Shown: in pieces, positions 1-13,818 of the stretch
Layout of the letters: each line of letters begins with the position of its first letter
Numbering within the stretch: position 1 is the first letter of the stretch
Assembly: GCA_000004695.1 (NCBI GenBank)
Contig: CM000151.3
Location: 2,720,001-2,784,000 of the forward strand
Direction: 5' to 3'
DNA from: Dictyostelium discoideum
Taxonomy: Eukaryota
DNA: 64,000 nucleotides
Program-made: the position numbers and the translations under genes
Notes under the pieces: generated by a model
Database searches by the model: none
What the model was told of the DNA's origin: nothing
The model's input: the letters and a program-made list of their open reading frames with translations, nothing else

Positions 1-1057
1 ATTACAAATGTATTTCCTTTTGATAATGATGCATAAAAGAACATATGGAATGACACCCATCCAACACTAGTTGCAGAAAATAAAACTACATTTTCATCAT
101 TATTAACCTTTGAACTTAAACAATTCCAATGATATAAAAGTCCAACCAAATTACTACCATTACTTCTTACAACTGGTTTAGAATTACCAGTTGTACCACT
201 TGTATAAATTAAATAGATTGGATGACTTGATTCTACTGGTACATAATCATAAAATGGTGATTGATTATTAATTTTAATTTTTTTAATTTCTTCTTCCCAA
301 TTTAATGAATTTGGTATTATTGTTTGGAAATTATTATTATTATAAACAATATCATTTCTATAAAGTGTTATTACATTGTCAGGCTTAAAAGTTGATAATT
401 CAATTGCTTCTTTTAAATTTGTAGTAATATCAACAATTTCATCAAGTCCAACTCCCAAATTTGTTGTAATTATTAATTTTGGTGTAATTGTTTCAATTCT
501 ATCTATTAAACTTTTAACTGAATAACCATCGAATAAAGCACAATGAGTTGCACCAATACGAGCACATGATAACATTGCAATTGGTGCTTCAACTGTATTT
601 GCCATATAAATTAAAACATTATCATTTTTTGAAACATTTAAATTCAAAAGTACTCTTGAAAATTCACATACTTTTTCATATAATTGATAATAAGTTAATT
701 TTACAGTTTTCTTTAAATATGGACATTCATAAATTAATGCAACTTGATCTTTTTTTAATGGATTCTGAACTTGTCTATCTAATAAATTATAACATGTATT
801 TAATTCACCACCTTTAAACCAATCTGGATAAATTTCATTACCACTATAAACTTTATCATACATTTTATCCCTTTTTTATTTTTAAATTATATTTATAAAA
901 AATTTAATTATTTATTTAACTAATTATGTTTTTTTTTATTGTATGCATACCAATAAACATATTTAGTGGCTACTTGATCCCAAAATGAAATTGGGTCGGT
1001 GTTTATTGAGAATTTATAATCATTTTCATAATTGAATGGTTGGCTTAATGTATACAT
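1..1057 (-). CDS. Acetyl-CoA synthetase-like acyl-CoA ligase (ANL/AMP-binding), paralog A; cut off by the window edge
   Basis: Exon 2 runs 1..870 on the minus strand and begins DKMYDKVYSGDEIYPDWFKGGELNTCYN, which matches the N-termini of the other copies; the plus ORF 548..817 is its antisense shadow. Exon 1 is 951..1057 (MYTLSQPFNYENDYKFSINTDPISFWDQVATKYVYW). Donor is GTATGC and acceptor AAAAAG|GG. The gene continues past position 1. Confidence 0.7.
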
Positions 1058-1910
1058 TATTTTAATAGTTTTTATAAAAATATATTTTTATTATTAAAAT
1101 TTTCAATAATATTGGATTATATAAAAAATGTAAATATAAGTTTTTTTTTTTTTTTTTTTTATAATTTAAAATTGATAACTCTTCATATAATATTTACATT
1201 TAATAAAAAAAAAAATTTAAAAAATAAAAATTTTACGACGTCATTTAATTGTTTTGAGATATCTTTAGACTTTTTAATAATTAAAATATTATTTAATTTC
1301 ATTCTAATTAAGCCTATAGATATTACTTTTTTGAAATTATTTTTAAAAAAGGTATTTTTATGTACTTTAAAAAAGTAAATTGTATTTTTAATTATTAATA
1401 ATCAAAATGAAAAAATGAAAATATATTGTTTTTTTTTTAAATATTAATTGATTTCATTTATGTCTGTCCCTTAATGGTGAAATTATTACCCCCTTTCTAT
1501 GTAGGTAAATCATTTTTAATCTTTTTTTTTTTATTTTGTTTTTTTTTTACCTTTTCAAGTACTTGAATTTTATATTATTATCTTTTTTTTTTTTTTTTTT
1601 AATTTTTAAAAAATTAATAATAATTCTTTTAATTAAAAATTAAAATATAAAAAAACACATGGGGGAGGGGGTAAAAACCACAATGGGTAATTTATATATA
1701 CATTGGGTTGAATTTTATATTAACTTATTTCTTATTTTTTTAATTTTTTAATTTAACACTATTCTAATCCTAATTAAAAAAAAATGTTTTTAATAATTTT
1801 TCCATATTAGAGGTTAATATTTTACTTTTTTAATTTTTGGTAATTTTATTTAATATTAAATTTGAAAATTTTTAAATTTTTTAGTAAAAACAAACTTTCA
1901 AAAGATACTC

Positions 1911-2010
<100 letters not shown>

Positions 2011-2018
2011 TAACATTA

Positions 2019-4024
2019 TTATAAATCTTTAATTTTATAAAAGATTTCAACATCACAAACATTATCTGGTAATTGAAAATTTGTATCATTTAAATATTTA
2101 GAAATGATTTGTCTTTGAGTTTTACCAACTTTAGTTTTTGGTAATTGTGGAACTATTAAAATTTTTCTTAAAATTGCAAAATTTTCTATATCCTTTGATA
2201 TTATTGTATTAATTTCAGATTGTAATTTATTTAAATCAATTTGTCGAATTGATTGATTTTCTTCTTGTTGTTTTAAAACTAATATACCAATTGGTACATT
2301 ATAACAATCTGGATTATTAATACCTATTGAACAACATTCTAAAACTAATGGATGTTTTAAAATTGATGTTTCAATTTTATTTAATTGAACTTTATTACCA
2401 CTGATTTTAATTTGATCATCTGATCTTGAAACAACACCATAACAATTATTTTCATCTTTAAATCCTAAATCACCAGGGTAATAGTAACCTGGAAATTTTG
2501 TAAATAATTGTTTAAACTTTTCATCATTTTTATAAAATGTAGTTGTAAAACCTGGTGGTAAAGGTAATTTAAATACAAGCTCACCAATTTCATACAAAGG
2601 TAATTCCTTACCATCATCTGAAAAAACCTTTGCTTTTAAAGATGGAAATGAAACTCCACATGTATTAATTGGAATTTTTAAATTTTTATTATCAAAACCT
2701 AAAAATAAACGACACCTGTTTCAGTTTGACCATATACACGAGTTGATTGAACTTTTAATTTCTCCTGAATATAATTTGAAATTGATTCTTCAATTGGTTC
2801 TCCACCAAGTACCATTTCTTTTAAATTAGATAAATCATACTTTGAATGTAAATTTTTACAATCAGGATCAACTTTAATTAAGTATCTAATTGCTTTAGCC
2901 ATTGTGAATGCACAACTTACTTCATTTCTTTCAATAATTTCCCAAATATCATCTTCCATATGTTTTGGTTTTGTCACTCCTCCTTCAGACATAACTAATG
3001 TATATCCAACTGAAAATAAACCATATAATAGATTATGAAATGATACCCAGCCAATACTTGTATGAGAAAACACAACTTTTATTTTACCCTTTTGTATCAA
3101 TGTTTGATATTTAATACCTACCATATATGGACCATTACTTCTAACAACTGCTTTAGCACTACCAGTTGTGCCACTTGTATATATTATATATAATGGATGA
3201 CTTGATTCTACTGGAACATATTCATAAAATGGTAATTGATTAATTTCTTTGAATTTTTTAATTTCATCATACCAACTTAATGTATTTGGTATCGTTGGTA
3301 TATCATTTACTTTCTTTAAATCTGATTCGCTTGTAATATCATTTCTAAATAAAGTAATTACATTACTTGGTTTAAAAGTTGATAATTCAATTGCATCTTT
3401 TAAATTTGGTGTAAATGTAATAATTTCATCATTAAAAATACCATAATTTGTTGTAATTATTAATTTTGGTGTAATTGTTTCAATTCTATCTATTAAACTT
3501 TTAACTGAATAACCATCGAATAACACACAATGAGTTGCACCAATACGAGCACATGATAACATTGCAATTGGTGCTTCAATTGTATTTGACATATAAATTA
3601 AAACATTATCATTTTTTGATATATTTAAATTTAAAAGTACTCTTGAAAATTCACATACTTTTTCATAAAATTGATAATAGGTTAATTTTATATTTTTGTT
3701 TAAAAATGGACATTCATAAATTAATGCAGTTTGATCTCTTGTTTCTGGATTTTTTATATGAATATCTAAAACATTATAACATGTATTTAATTCACCACCT
3801 TTAAACCAATCTGGATAAATTTCATCACCACTATAAACTTTATCATACATTCTATCCCTTTTTTTTTAATTTTAAATTATTAGTTTTTTGCAATGACAAT
3901 TGAAAAAATAAAAAAAAGAAATAAAAACTTACCAATAAACTAAATCCTTTGCAACTTCATCCCAAAATTCTATTGGTCTGTTATTTGCTAAATCAATTTC
4001 ATTTTCATAGTTAAATTTATACAT
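2019..4024 (-). pseudogene. Acetyl-CoA synthetase-like ligase paralog B, disrupted
   Basis: The body is split into ORFs 2699..3850 and 2019..2597 by a frameshift or deletion near 2597-2700. It is missing the segment YCYDYKNLKIPINTSGFPFSSLKAMIFSDDGKELGVN that copy C (5007..6851) retains. Exon 1 is 3933..4024 (MYKFNYENEIDLANNRPIEFWDEVAKDLVYW). The splice pattern matches the intact copies. Confidence 0.6.
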
Positions 4025-4200
4025 TTTTTTATTAAATTAAACGATATTAATAAAATAAAATAATAATAAAAAAAAAAATAATGGTACATAAAAAAAAAAA
4101 AGTTTAAAACAATTAACAAATTGGGTATGGGATTTATAACCTTTTTTTACATATATTTGTAATAATTAATATTATCCTATTGGTTCAAAAACATTGAAAA

Positions 4201-4320
4201 AAAAAAACTTTAATACGGACATTCATAAATTAATGCATCTTGATCTATTTTTAATGGATTTTTCATATGAATATCTAAAACATTATAACATGTATTTAAT
4301 TTTTTAAAAAATTTTATTAT
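4201..4320 (-). pseudogene. Isolated fragment of the N-terminal region of an acetyl-CoA synthetase-like ligase
   Basis: About 120 bp nearly identical to 6700..6790 / 3705..3790 (the antisense of ...LNTCYNVLDIHIKNPE...), with no surrounding ORF. Confidence 0.6.
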
Positions 4321-4529
4321 GTATCTTATCTTTATTTAAATTTTGAACCAATAAGATAAAATAAAAAAATAAAGATGAATTACAAATTGGGGTGTATAAG
4401 ATATAATTTAAATATTTTTATTTTATTATTACTAGCTATTTTTATTTTTATTATTATTATTATTATTATTATTTATTATTATTATTATTATTTATTATTA
4501 TTATTATTATTAATTTAATTACCACCAAA

Positions 4530-4885
4530 ATACAGATACTTTCTCTTTCTTGTAAAATTATTAACAATTAATGAGGTTAGTAACATTCCTAAAGAACCCG
4601 ATGCCACAGGTAAGGATATATAATAAAAACCTCTTCAGCATTGTTCAGCACTCATAACACAAATTAAGGCAGTGGCACCACCGGGTGGATGTATTGATTT
4701 TGTGAAATGCATCCCGACAATTGCTAAACTGACCGCTAAAGAGTGCTACTTCAGTTTGAGCATTTGTATAAACCAAATGCACTCTAATGATTGAACCTAT
4801 ATGTCGAAATACTAAATTTCTTGGTTGAGCTAATGGTGATTTGGTGCTCCAAAAATTAATACAGTAGATGCTGCAAATGAACCTA
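4530..4885 (-). pseudogene. Truncated, degenerate duplicate of the C-terminal half of the HPP-family gene at 7455..8390
   Basis: Nucleotide similarity to 7498..7860, with internal deletions and frame disruption. It is flanked by the same ATT-rich repeats and the same upstream block (4320-4420 vs 7250-7350). Confidence 0.6.
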
Positions 4886-4944
4886 TTATTATTATTTTAT
4901 TATTATTATTATTATTTTATTTTTATTATTATTATTATTATTAC

Positions 4945-5006
<62 letters not shown>
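4885..5006. repeat. Imperfect (TTA)n microsatellite
   Basis: TTA/ATT run that ends at the stop codon of paralog C (5007). Confidence 0.9.
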
Positions 5007-5010
<4 letters not shown>

Positions 5011-7011
5011 TTAACATTATTATATAAATCCTTGATTTTATAAAAGATTTCAACATCACAAACATTATCTGGTAATTCATAATTTATATCATTTAAATAT
5101 TTAGAAATGATTTGTCTTTGAATTTTACCAGCTTTGGTTTTCGGTATTTGTGTAACTATTAAAGTTTTTCTTAAAATTGCAAAATTTTCTATATCTTTTG
5201 AAATGATTATATTAATTTCAGATTGTAATTTATTTAAATCAATTTGTTGAATTGATTGATCTTCTTGTTGTTTTAAAACTAAAAAAGCTATTGGTACATT
5301 ATAACAATCTGGATTATAAATACCTATTGAACAACATTCTAAAACTAATGGATGTTTTAAAATTGATGTTTCAATTTTATTTAATTGAACTTTATTACCA
5401 CTGATTTTAATTTGATCATCTGATCTTGAAACAACACCATAACAATTATTTTCATCTTTAAATCCTAAATCACCAGGGTTATAGTAACCTGGGAATTTTG
5501 TAAATAATTGTTTAAACTTTTCATCATTTTTATAAAATGTAGTTGCAAAACTTGGTGGTAATGGTAATTTAAATACAAGCTCTCCAATTTCATTAACACC
5601 TAATTCTTTGCCATCATCTGAAAAAATCATTGCTTTTAAAGATGAAAATGGAAAGCCACTTGTGTTAATAGGAATTTTTAAATTTTTATAATCATAACAA
5701 TAAAAATAACATGCTCCAGTTTCAGTTTGACCGTATACACGAATTGACTTTACTTTTAATTTCTCTTGAATATAATTTGGAATTGATTCTTCAATTGGTT
5801 CTCCACCAACTATTATTTCTTTTAAATTTGATAAATCATACTTTGAATGTAAATTTTTACATTCAGGATCAACTTTAATTAAGTATCTAATTGCTTTAGC
5901 CATTATGGATGCACAAGTTACTTTATTTCTTTCAATAACTTCCCAAATATCATCTTCCATATGTTTTGTTTTAGTAAGCCCACCTTCAAACATAACCAAT
6001 GTATATCCAAGTGATAATAAACCATTAAAAGCATTATGAATTGATATCCACCCAACACTTGTATGATAAAATACTACTTTTGTTTTACCCTTTTGTATCA
6101 ATGTTTGATATTTAATACCAACTAAATGTGGACCATTACTTCTAACAGCCCCTTTAGAATTACCAGTTGTACCACTTGTATATAGTATATATAATGGATG
6201 ACTTGATTCTACTGGTACATATTCATAAAATGGTAATTGATTATTTTCTTTGAATTTTTTAATTTCATCATACCAACTTAATGTATTTGGTATCGTTGGT
6301 ATATCATTTACTTTCTTTAAATCTGATTCGCTTGTAATATCATTTCTAAATAAAGTAATTACATTACTTGGTTTAAAAGTTGATAATTCAATTGATTCTT
6401 TTAAATTTGGTATGAAATTAATAATTTCATCATTAAAAATACCATAATTTGTTGTAATTATTAATTTTGGTGTAATTGTTTCAATTCTATCTATTAAACT
6501 TTTAACTGAATAACCATCGAATAACACACAATGAGTTGCACCAATACGAGCACATGATAACATTGCAATTAATGGTTCTAATGTATTTGACATATAAATT
6601 AAAACATTATCATTTTTTGATATATTTAAATTTAAAAGTACTCTTGAAAATTCACATACTTTTTCATATAATTGATAATAAGTTAATTTTACAGTTTTCT
6701 TTAAATATGGACATTCATAAATTAATGCATCTTGATCTCTTGTTTCTGGATTTTTAATATGAATATCTAAAACATTATAACATGTATTTAATTCACCACC
6801 TTTAAACCAATCTGGATATATTTCATCATCACTATAAACTTTTTCATACATTTTATCCCTTTTATTTTTAAATTATTAGTTTTTTGTCAAGACAATTTAG
6901 AAAAATAAAAAAAACTTACCAATGAACTAAATCCTTTGCAACTTCATCCCAAAATTCTATTGGTTGGTTATTTGCAAAATCAATATCATTTTCATAATTA
7001 AACTTATACAT
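5007..7011 (-). CDS. Acetyl-CoA synthetase-like acyl-CoA ligase, paralog C (intact; 2 exons)
   Basis: Exon 2 is 5007..6858 (614 aa ORF carrying the AMP-binding motif YTSGTTGNSKGAVRSNGPH, a GQTETG hinge and a C-terminal PKTKAGKIQR lysine motif). Exon 1 is 6920..7011 (MYKFNYENDIDFANNQPIEFWDEVAKDLVHW). The intron 6859..6919 has GTAAGT...AG and sits in phase 2 after the W codon. Confidence 0.85.
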
Positions 7012-7454
7012 TTTTATAAGGTAATATATGTATTATTAAATAAAATGATATTAAAATAAAACAAATAATAGTTTTATATAAAAAAAGTTTAAAAAAAATA
7101 ATAACTAAATAATAAAATAAAATAAATAATAAAAGTAAAAAAAAAAAAGGTGGAAAACAATTATTAAATCTGGTGTAGATTTATAACCACTATTAACTGC
7201 GATATACAATATTAATTAATTTATTTTTAATTTTTTTTTATTATTATTATCTTTATTTAAATTTTGAACCAATCAGATAAAATAAAAAATAAATTAAAAA
7301 ATAAGGATAATTACAAATTGTGGGGGTGTATAACATATAATTTAAATTTTTTTATTTTATTATTACTAACTATTATTATTATTTATTATTATTATTTATT
7401 ATTATTATTATTTATTATTATTATTATTTATTATTATTATTATTATTAATTTAA

Positions 7455-8390
<936 letters not shown>

Positions 8391-8829
8391 GTTTGAATAT
8401 TTATTTGTTGTAATTAATTCATCCCTATAATAATGTTGTCACCTAGGATTGTATATATAAATAACTTTAAAGACTAGTTTTTTTTTTTTTTTTTTTAGCA
8501 CGTTTTTATTTTAATTTTTTTTTTTTTTTTTATTTTTATTTTAATTTATTTTATTTTTAATTTTATTATTTTTCGATTTTATTTTAATTTTTTTCTTCTT
8601 TTGTTTTTCGGGATTCGTTTGACCTAAAAAAAAGTCGTAAAGAATGTTTTGGAATATTTTTAGGTTTGAAAAAAAAAATAAATAAAATAAAATAAAATAA
8701 ATTAATTATCCATATCTTCATCTTTATCTGTTTTTTCAAATTTTATTTTTATTTTTCATTTTTTTTTTTTTTATTTAAATTCATTTTAATGCAAATAAAA
8801 AATAAAAATAGTGGTGTTTTAAAACGCTA

Positions 8830-8863
<34 letters not shown>

Positions 8864-8892
8864 TTTATTTATTTAAAATTTGTTTTAAATTT

Positions 8893-9486
8893 TTAAACAT
8901 TACAATAGTAAAAAGTTGGATCATTTTTTGAACATTCATTTGGACTAAACCATCCATAACCAGTTGGAACAGTATTACAAACACTTGTGGAATTGTAAAT
9001 ATTTTTATATGGAATTGAAGAATTACAAGTTAATTCAAAAGCACCTTTATAATTTTGAATACATTGATTCAAGTATTCATAACCAATTAAACCAATATCA
9101 TCTTTCCAACTTGGATCATTTTCACATTTACCATTTGTAACTACACTGACTAATGTATTTTCAGGAATTTCGAAATCATCAACACATGAATAAACTACAT
9201 TCTCAAATGCACATGTACCACTGGCATTTGTAATATTACCTGTTTTTGCACCTTTACAACCACTATTAGTACCAAAAACATTTTGTGTAATCACTGTTCC
9301 ATCTTCGTTACATTCGATATTAGTATTACCATCTACGCACCATCCATTTAATTGATAAACAATTTCATAGGGTTGCAATGAACAATTGTCATCATATAAA
9401 TTATGGACTTCAATTTTTGTATATTTAAATCCAAAAACATATGTTGTAACCATTAAACAAATAAAAATTAAAATAAAAAATTTCAT
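8893..9486 (-). CDS. Secreted cysteine-rich protein, function unknown
   Basis: 197 aa ORF with an N-terminal signal peptide MKFFILIFICLMVTTYVFG, about 20 Cys residues and several N-glycosylation sequons. Confidence 0.6.
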   Translation of the reverse strand: MKFFILIFICLMVTTYVFGFKYTKIEVHNLYDDNCSLQPYEIVYQLNGWCVDGNTNIECNEDGTVITQNVFGTNSGCKGAKTGNITNASGTCAFENVVYSCVDDFEIPENTLVSVVTNGKCENDPSWKDDIGLIGYEYLNQCIQNYKGAFELTCNSSIPYKNIYNSTSVCNTVPTGYGWFSPNECSKNDPTFYYCNV

Positions 9487-9840
9487 TTTTAACCTTTCTC
9501 CTTTTTTTTAAATAATAATTATAATTATTATTATTATTTTTATAATGCATTAGATAAACAAATATTTTTTTTTTTTTTTTTTTTTTCAAAAATTTGTTTA
9601 TTTTATCCAATATTTTTAGGTTTGGTAAGGTGGAAAAAAAAAAGTATTTTTTCACTTTTTTTTTTCCGGCAACCCCTCTAAGACGAAAAAACTTAATGCC
9701 CAAAAAACTCGTGCATTTGAAAAAAAAAAAAAAGTATCTAAAAAGTTGGCAGGTCGGATATAAAATTTCCAGCACTAAAGCGGCGAAAAGTAAGGTTTAT
9801 GATGTGCTTGTTGTCAGTCGGTCACGGTACCCAATTACTT

Positions 9841-9877
<37 letters not shown>

Positions 9878-9905
9878 CCAGAATTATGAGTAGCTAAAAA
9901 AAAAA

Positions 9906-10409
9906 TTAAATTTGTTGTAAATAAATTTCATTATTACTACTTGTGTTATTATATTTAAAATTTGATTTAAATTGAAGTGATTTTAAATTGCCAGTTGGTA
10001 TGTCAGTAGCGTCAATAACAATTTGATTATTACTCTTTTGAATTATTGATTTCAATAAAATATCCTTTGTTCCATCACTATAAATTAATTTCAATGTATT
10101 TATAGAAATAAAACATAAATTTTCACCAACAATTGTAATCAATTCATTTTTTTTATTACTTTTGTTAATTGAAACACTTTTAATAATAGGAATTAAATCT
10201 ACCATTGGTTTTACTTTATTTGATATTATTGTTGTTGTTGTTGTTGAATTTTTTAATACTTTTGATGTTATTAATTCATAAATCAAAATATCTCTATAAG
10301 TTGATAATTTATGAAATAGAATTTTTGAGAAATTTTCATGATTAAATTTAAAAAATTCATTTAATTCATTTAAATCATTTTTATGGCATAATGATTTTAT
10401 AAAACTATA

Positions 10410-10492
<83 letters not shown>

Positions 10493-11354
10493 CAATATAT
10501 AAATCATGTTGAATGATATGATATAAACCAATTACTGAATTTAAATCTGCCATAAAATTAAATTTTGAATTTAAACTAGATTTTGAAGATTCTGATAATG
10601 TTTGATAAAATGAATTTATAATTCCATCAATTTTAATTCTATCAAATTCAAATAACCAACAAATTGTATTCTTTGCAATTGATAACATATTATTATTAAC
10701 AAAATTATTTAAACCTTGCAATTTTGGTATTGGATCATTTCTATGAATAATTGAATGAAATATATTATAATTTAAAATTTGATTATCTTCTAATGTTTTT
10801 AATAAATCAGTATTTCCAATTAATGGTGACCCAAATGTAATACATAGAATTTGTGAATTTTTTAAAATGGTTTCAAGTTTATTTTTTGATATTTGTAAAA
10901 TTATAGATATTGTTAAAATTTGTGATACTGATCCACCTAAACTATGTCCTGAGAATATTACATTATCACCATTCTCTAACCATTGAATTATAATTTGAAT
11001 TGGAAATCCTATTGTCCTTTTAAGAAATCCTTTATGATATGTACCTTGTTTTTCTTTAAATTCTTTAATACTATTTAAATCGGTTGTAATATCACTAAAA
11101 TTAAATTCTGTACCTCTAAATGATACATAATAGGTATTCCTTCTTTTAAATTCACTATTATTATTAATATCTTTTTCACGATATCCAATTATAAAAACTT
11201 GACCACTACATTCAATCTCACCTCTAATTACTCTTTCAATATCATGAGTTTCAAAATTTTCATTAAATTTTTTAATTATTGTTGAATCATCTTTTTCATA
11301 ACAAAAATCTGATAAATTTAAAGAGTTTAAAATTTCATCTTTGTAATATGACAT
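9906..11354 (-). CDS. Class-3 (fungal-type) lipase-domain protein
   Basis: 482 aa ORF. It has the GHSLGG nucleophile-elbow motif (GHSLGGSVSQIL) typical of the Lipase_3 family. A poly-N (AAT)n insertion lies at 10420-10490. Confidence 0.7.
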
Positions 11355-11739
11355 TTATTTATTTTATTTATTTTTTTTTTTTTTATTTTTTTTTTTTTAT
11401 CTTTATTTTTTATTTTTAATGAGATAATAATAAAAAAAAAAACATAATAAGAAATTAAAAAACTTTAAAAAAAGTGATTAATTAAGTGATCTTGATTAAA
11501 AATTAAAAATTAAAAAAAGTTGTAATAAAAATAAGTGGTTTTGACTCAAAGCGAGAAAAAAAAAATTAAAAAAAAAAAAAAATTAAAAAAAAAATAAGGG
11601 TGGATGTAAAATTTTCATCATTAAGTGAAAAATATCTTGTGGTCTCTTTTTTTTATATGCGAATAACCTTAAAAAGTTTAAAAACGAAATTTATTTTTTC
11701 TCAATTTGATAAATATTTTTAGTTTAATTCTCTGATTTA

Positions 11740-11830
<91 letters not shown>

Positions 11831-12162
11831 GTCATTATAATTTTTATTATTTTTTAAAAAAAAAAAAAAAACTACAAAGGAGGTTGATTGGATATTCTAA
11901 AAATCACTAATAATAGTCAGAATTTCTATCATCACTTTTTTTTTTTTAATTCAATTTCACTGAACCAATTTTTGGACTGTGGTTTAGTCGAGATTTTATT
12001 TTTTTTTTTTCAAAAAAAAAAACTAATCAATTTTAATCCAAATTATTGATATTAATTTAATACCATTTGTTTATTTTTTATTTTATTTATTTTTATTTTT
12101 TATTTTTGTTTTTGGAATAGCTCCCCCGATAACTAATTTCACATTAAAGAATCTTGTTTGTG

Positions 12163-12197
<35 letters not shown>

Positions 12198-12470
12198 ATT
12201 TTAAAAGGTTACAATTTAGATAAGAAAATGATAAAAAAGATTTTTAAATCTATAGCTTTTGATTTATATAGTTAAAAGTCTAAAAAGAATAATATTAGTT
12301 CAATTAATTTTTTTTTTTTTTTTTTAACAAAATGATTACAATAAAATTATTAAAATAATAATAAAAGATAATAAGTTTTTTTTTTTATTTTTTTTTTTAG
12401 TATAAATACTGGACTTTTTTTGAAAAAAAAAATCATAAACAAAAATCATTTAATTATTAAAATAAAAAAA

Positions 12471-13230
12471 ATGAAATTACTCAAATCATTATTATTCCTT
12501 GCATCAGTTTTATTTATTTCTTCTCAAGCAGAAAAAAAAGGTAAAAATTTTAATTTTGTAAAATTAAAAAAAAAAAAAATATATTAAGATTTATTTTATT
12601 TTATTTTTTAAAATATGTATAGTTACTGGTGAATTAACATTTTATGCTGCTGGTGATAATTGTCCACCAAGTGGTGAAATTGCATATCCAGGATTACATT
12701 CTAGTGCAGGTGGTTTAGGTACATATGCTAATCCAATCACAGTTGCAGCATCAACTGCATGGTTATCAGCTGGTAAGAAAGTATATGTAGCAGCTTATAA
12801 GAAATATTTCATTATGGAAGATTCATGTGAAGAATGTGAAAATGAATGGGACAGTAATGGAAAATATCATATGGATGCTTGGATTGGTCCAAGTACTATT
12901 CATTCTGGTACTACCAATTGTGAGGTTGCTTTAACACTTTCATCAACCCAATTTATCATTGATCCACTTTCAACCTATGCCGTTGATACAACCGCTTTCT
13001 TTAATGGCACCACTGGAGCATGTTTAAAAACACCTGATAATTGTGTTGATCAAGGTAATGAATGTGGTAACACTTGTCAAATTCCATCAAGTATGTCTTG
13101 TTCATCTGCTGCTTCAATGTTCCTTTTAAGTGAAACTCGTTTCAAAGCTTTAAATCCAAACCTTGATTGTACTAAAAATATTGCAAAAGGTAAATCTGTT
13201 TGTCAATCTGGTTCTTGTGGTGGTCCATAA
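12471..13230 (+). CDS. Secreted protein with a putative DPBB (RlpA/3D-like) domain and a C-terminal Cys-containing LysM-like segment
   Basis: Exon 1 is 12471..12540 (signal peptide MKLLKSLLFLASVLFISSQA), the intron is 12541..12622 (GTAAAA...TATAG), and exon 2 is 12623..13230, joined in phase 1. The mature protein reads VTGELTFYAAGDNCPPSGEIAYPGLHSSAGGLGTYANPITVAASTAWLSAGKKVYVAAYKKYFIMEDSCEECE...KYHMDAWIG. Confidence 0.6.
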
Positions 13231-13818
13231 ATTCCTCTTATTTTAATTTTAAATAATTTATCCAAACTTCCAAAAAAAATTAAAAAAAAAAAATAAAAAA
13301 GCTTTTCATCCGAATCTTGTTTGCACTAATAATATTACAAAAGGGTTAATGACCAATCTGGTTATTATTTTTATTTTCACTTTTTTTTTTATTATTTTTT
13401 TTTAAAAAGCCATTTTTTTATTTGAAAATAAAAACACCTCAAATTCCGAAAAGACAAAAAACAGGTCATTAAAAAAAAAAAAAAAAAACTGATTTTTTTT
13501 TTTTTTAAAGACGAAAATATATTATGTTGGTAATAGTTATTAAAAAAAAAGTTTCAACATCAAAAAACACCTAAATTTTTATTTTTGGTGCCCAAATAAA
13601 AAATAACTAAAAAAAAAAAAAAAAATTGTTTGAAGTTTATTATTTTATTAATAAATTAAAGAACAATGTTAAAAATATATAAATAATATAATAAATTCAT
13701 TTGTTTTTTTTGTTTTTTTTTCTTTAAACCTTTTATTAAAAAAAAAAAAAAAAAAAAAAAAATGAATTCAAATATATCATCATTTAATTGAATAATACAA
13801 TAATAATAATAAAAAAAA

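Noticed and set aside
548-817. Plus-strand ORFs of 65-89 aa (548..817, 3249..3446, 3535..3804, 6250..6447, 6536..6757) and minus-strand equivalents inside plus-strand copies (17150..17347, 17564..17833, 19461..19658, 19875..20144, 21761..22003, 22506..22775, 23802..24023, 24523..24780, 31982..32239)
   Set aside because: They are antisense shadows of the acyl-CoA ligase coding sequence. They recur at the same relative position in every copy and have no independent start or signal features.
4892-5080. Low-complexity ORFs reading through microsatellites and homopolymers (4892..5080 poly-N, 7264..7449, 15191..15412 poly-V, 15254..15448 HY-repeat, 28495..28713, 28520..28717, 33258..33467 poly-K, 43774..44019 poly-L, 43784..44026 poly-N, 40967..41245, 42834..43034, 9425..9775, 9594..9893, 1112..1378)
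   Set aside because: These are translations of (TTA)n, (AAT)n, (GGTAGT)n or A/T homopolymers in non-coding frames or in intergenic DNA, with no coding signal.
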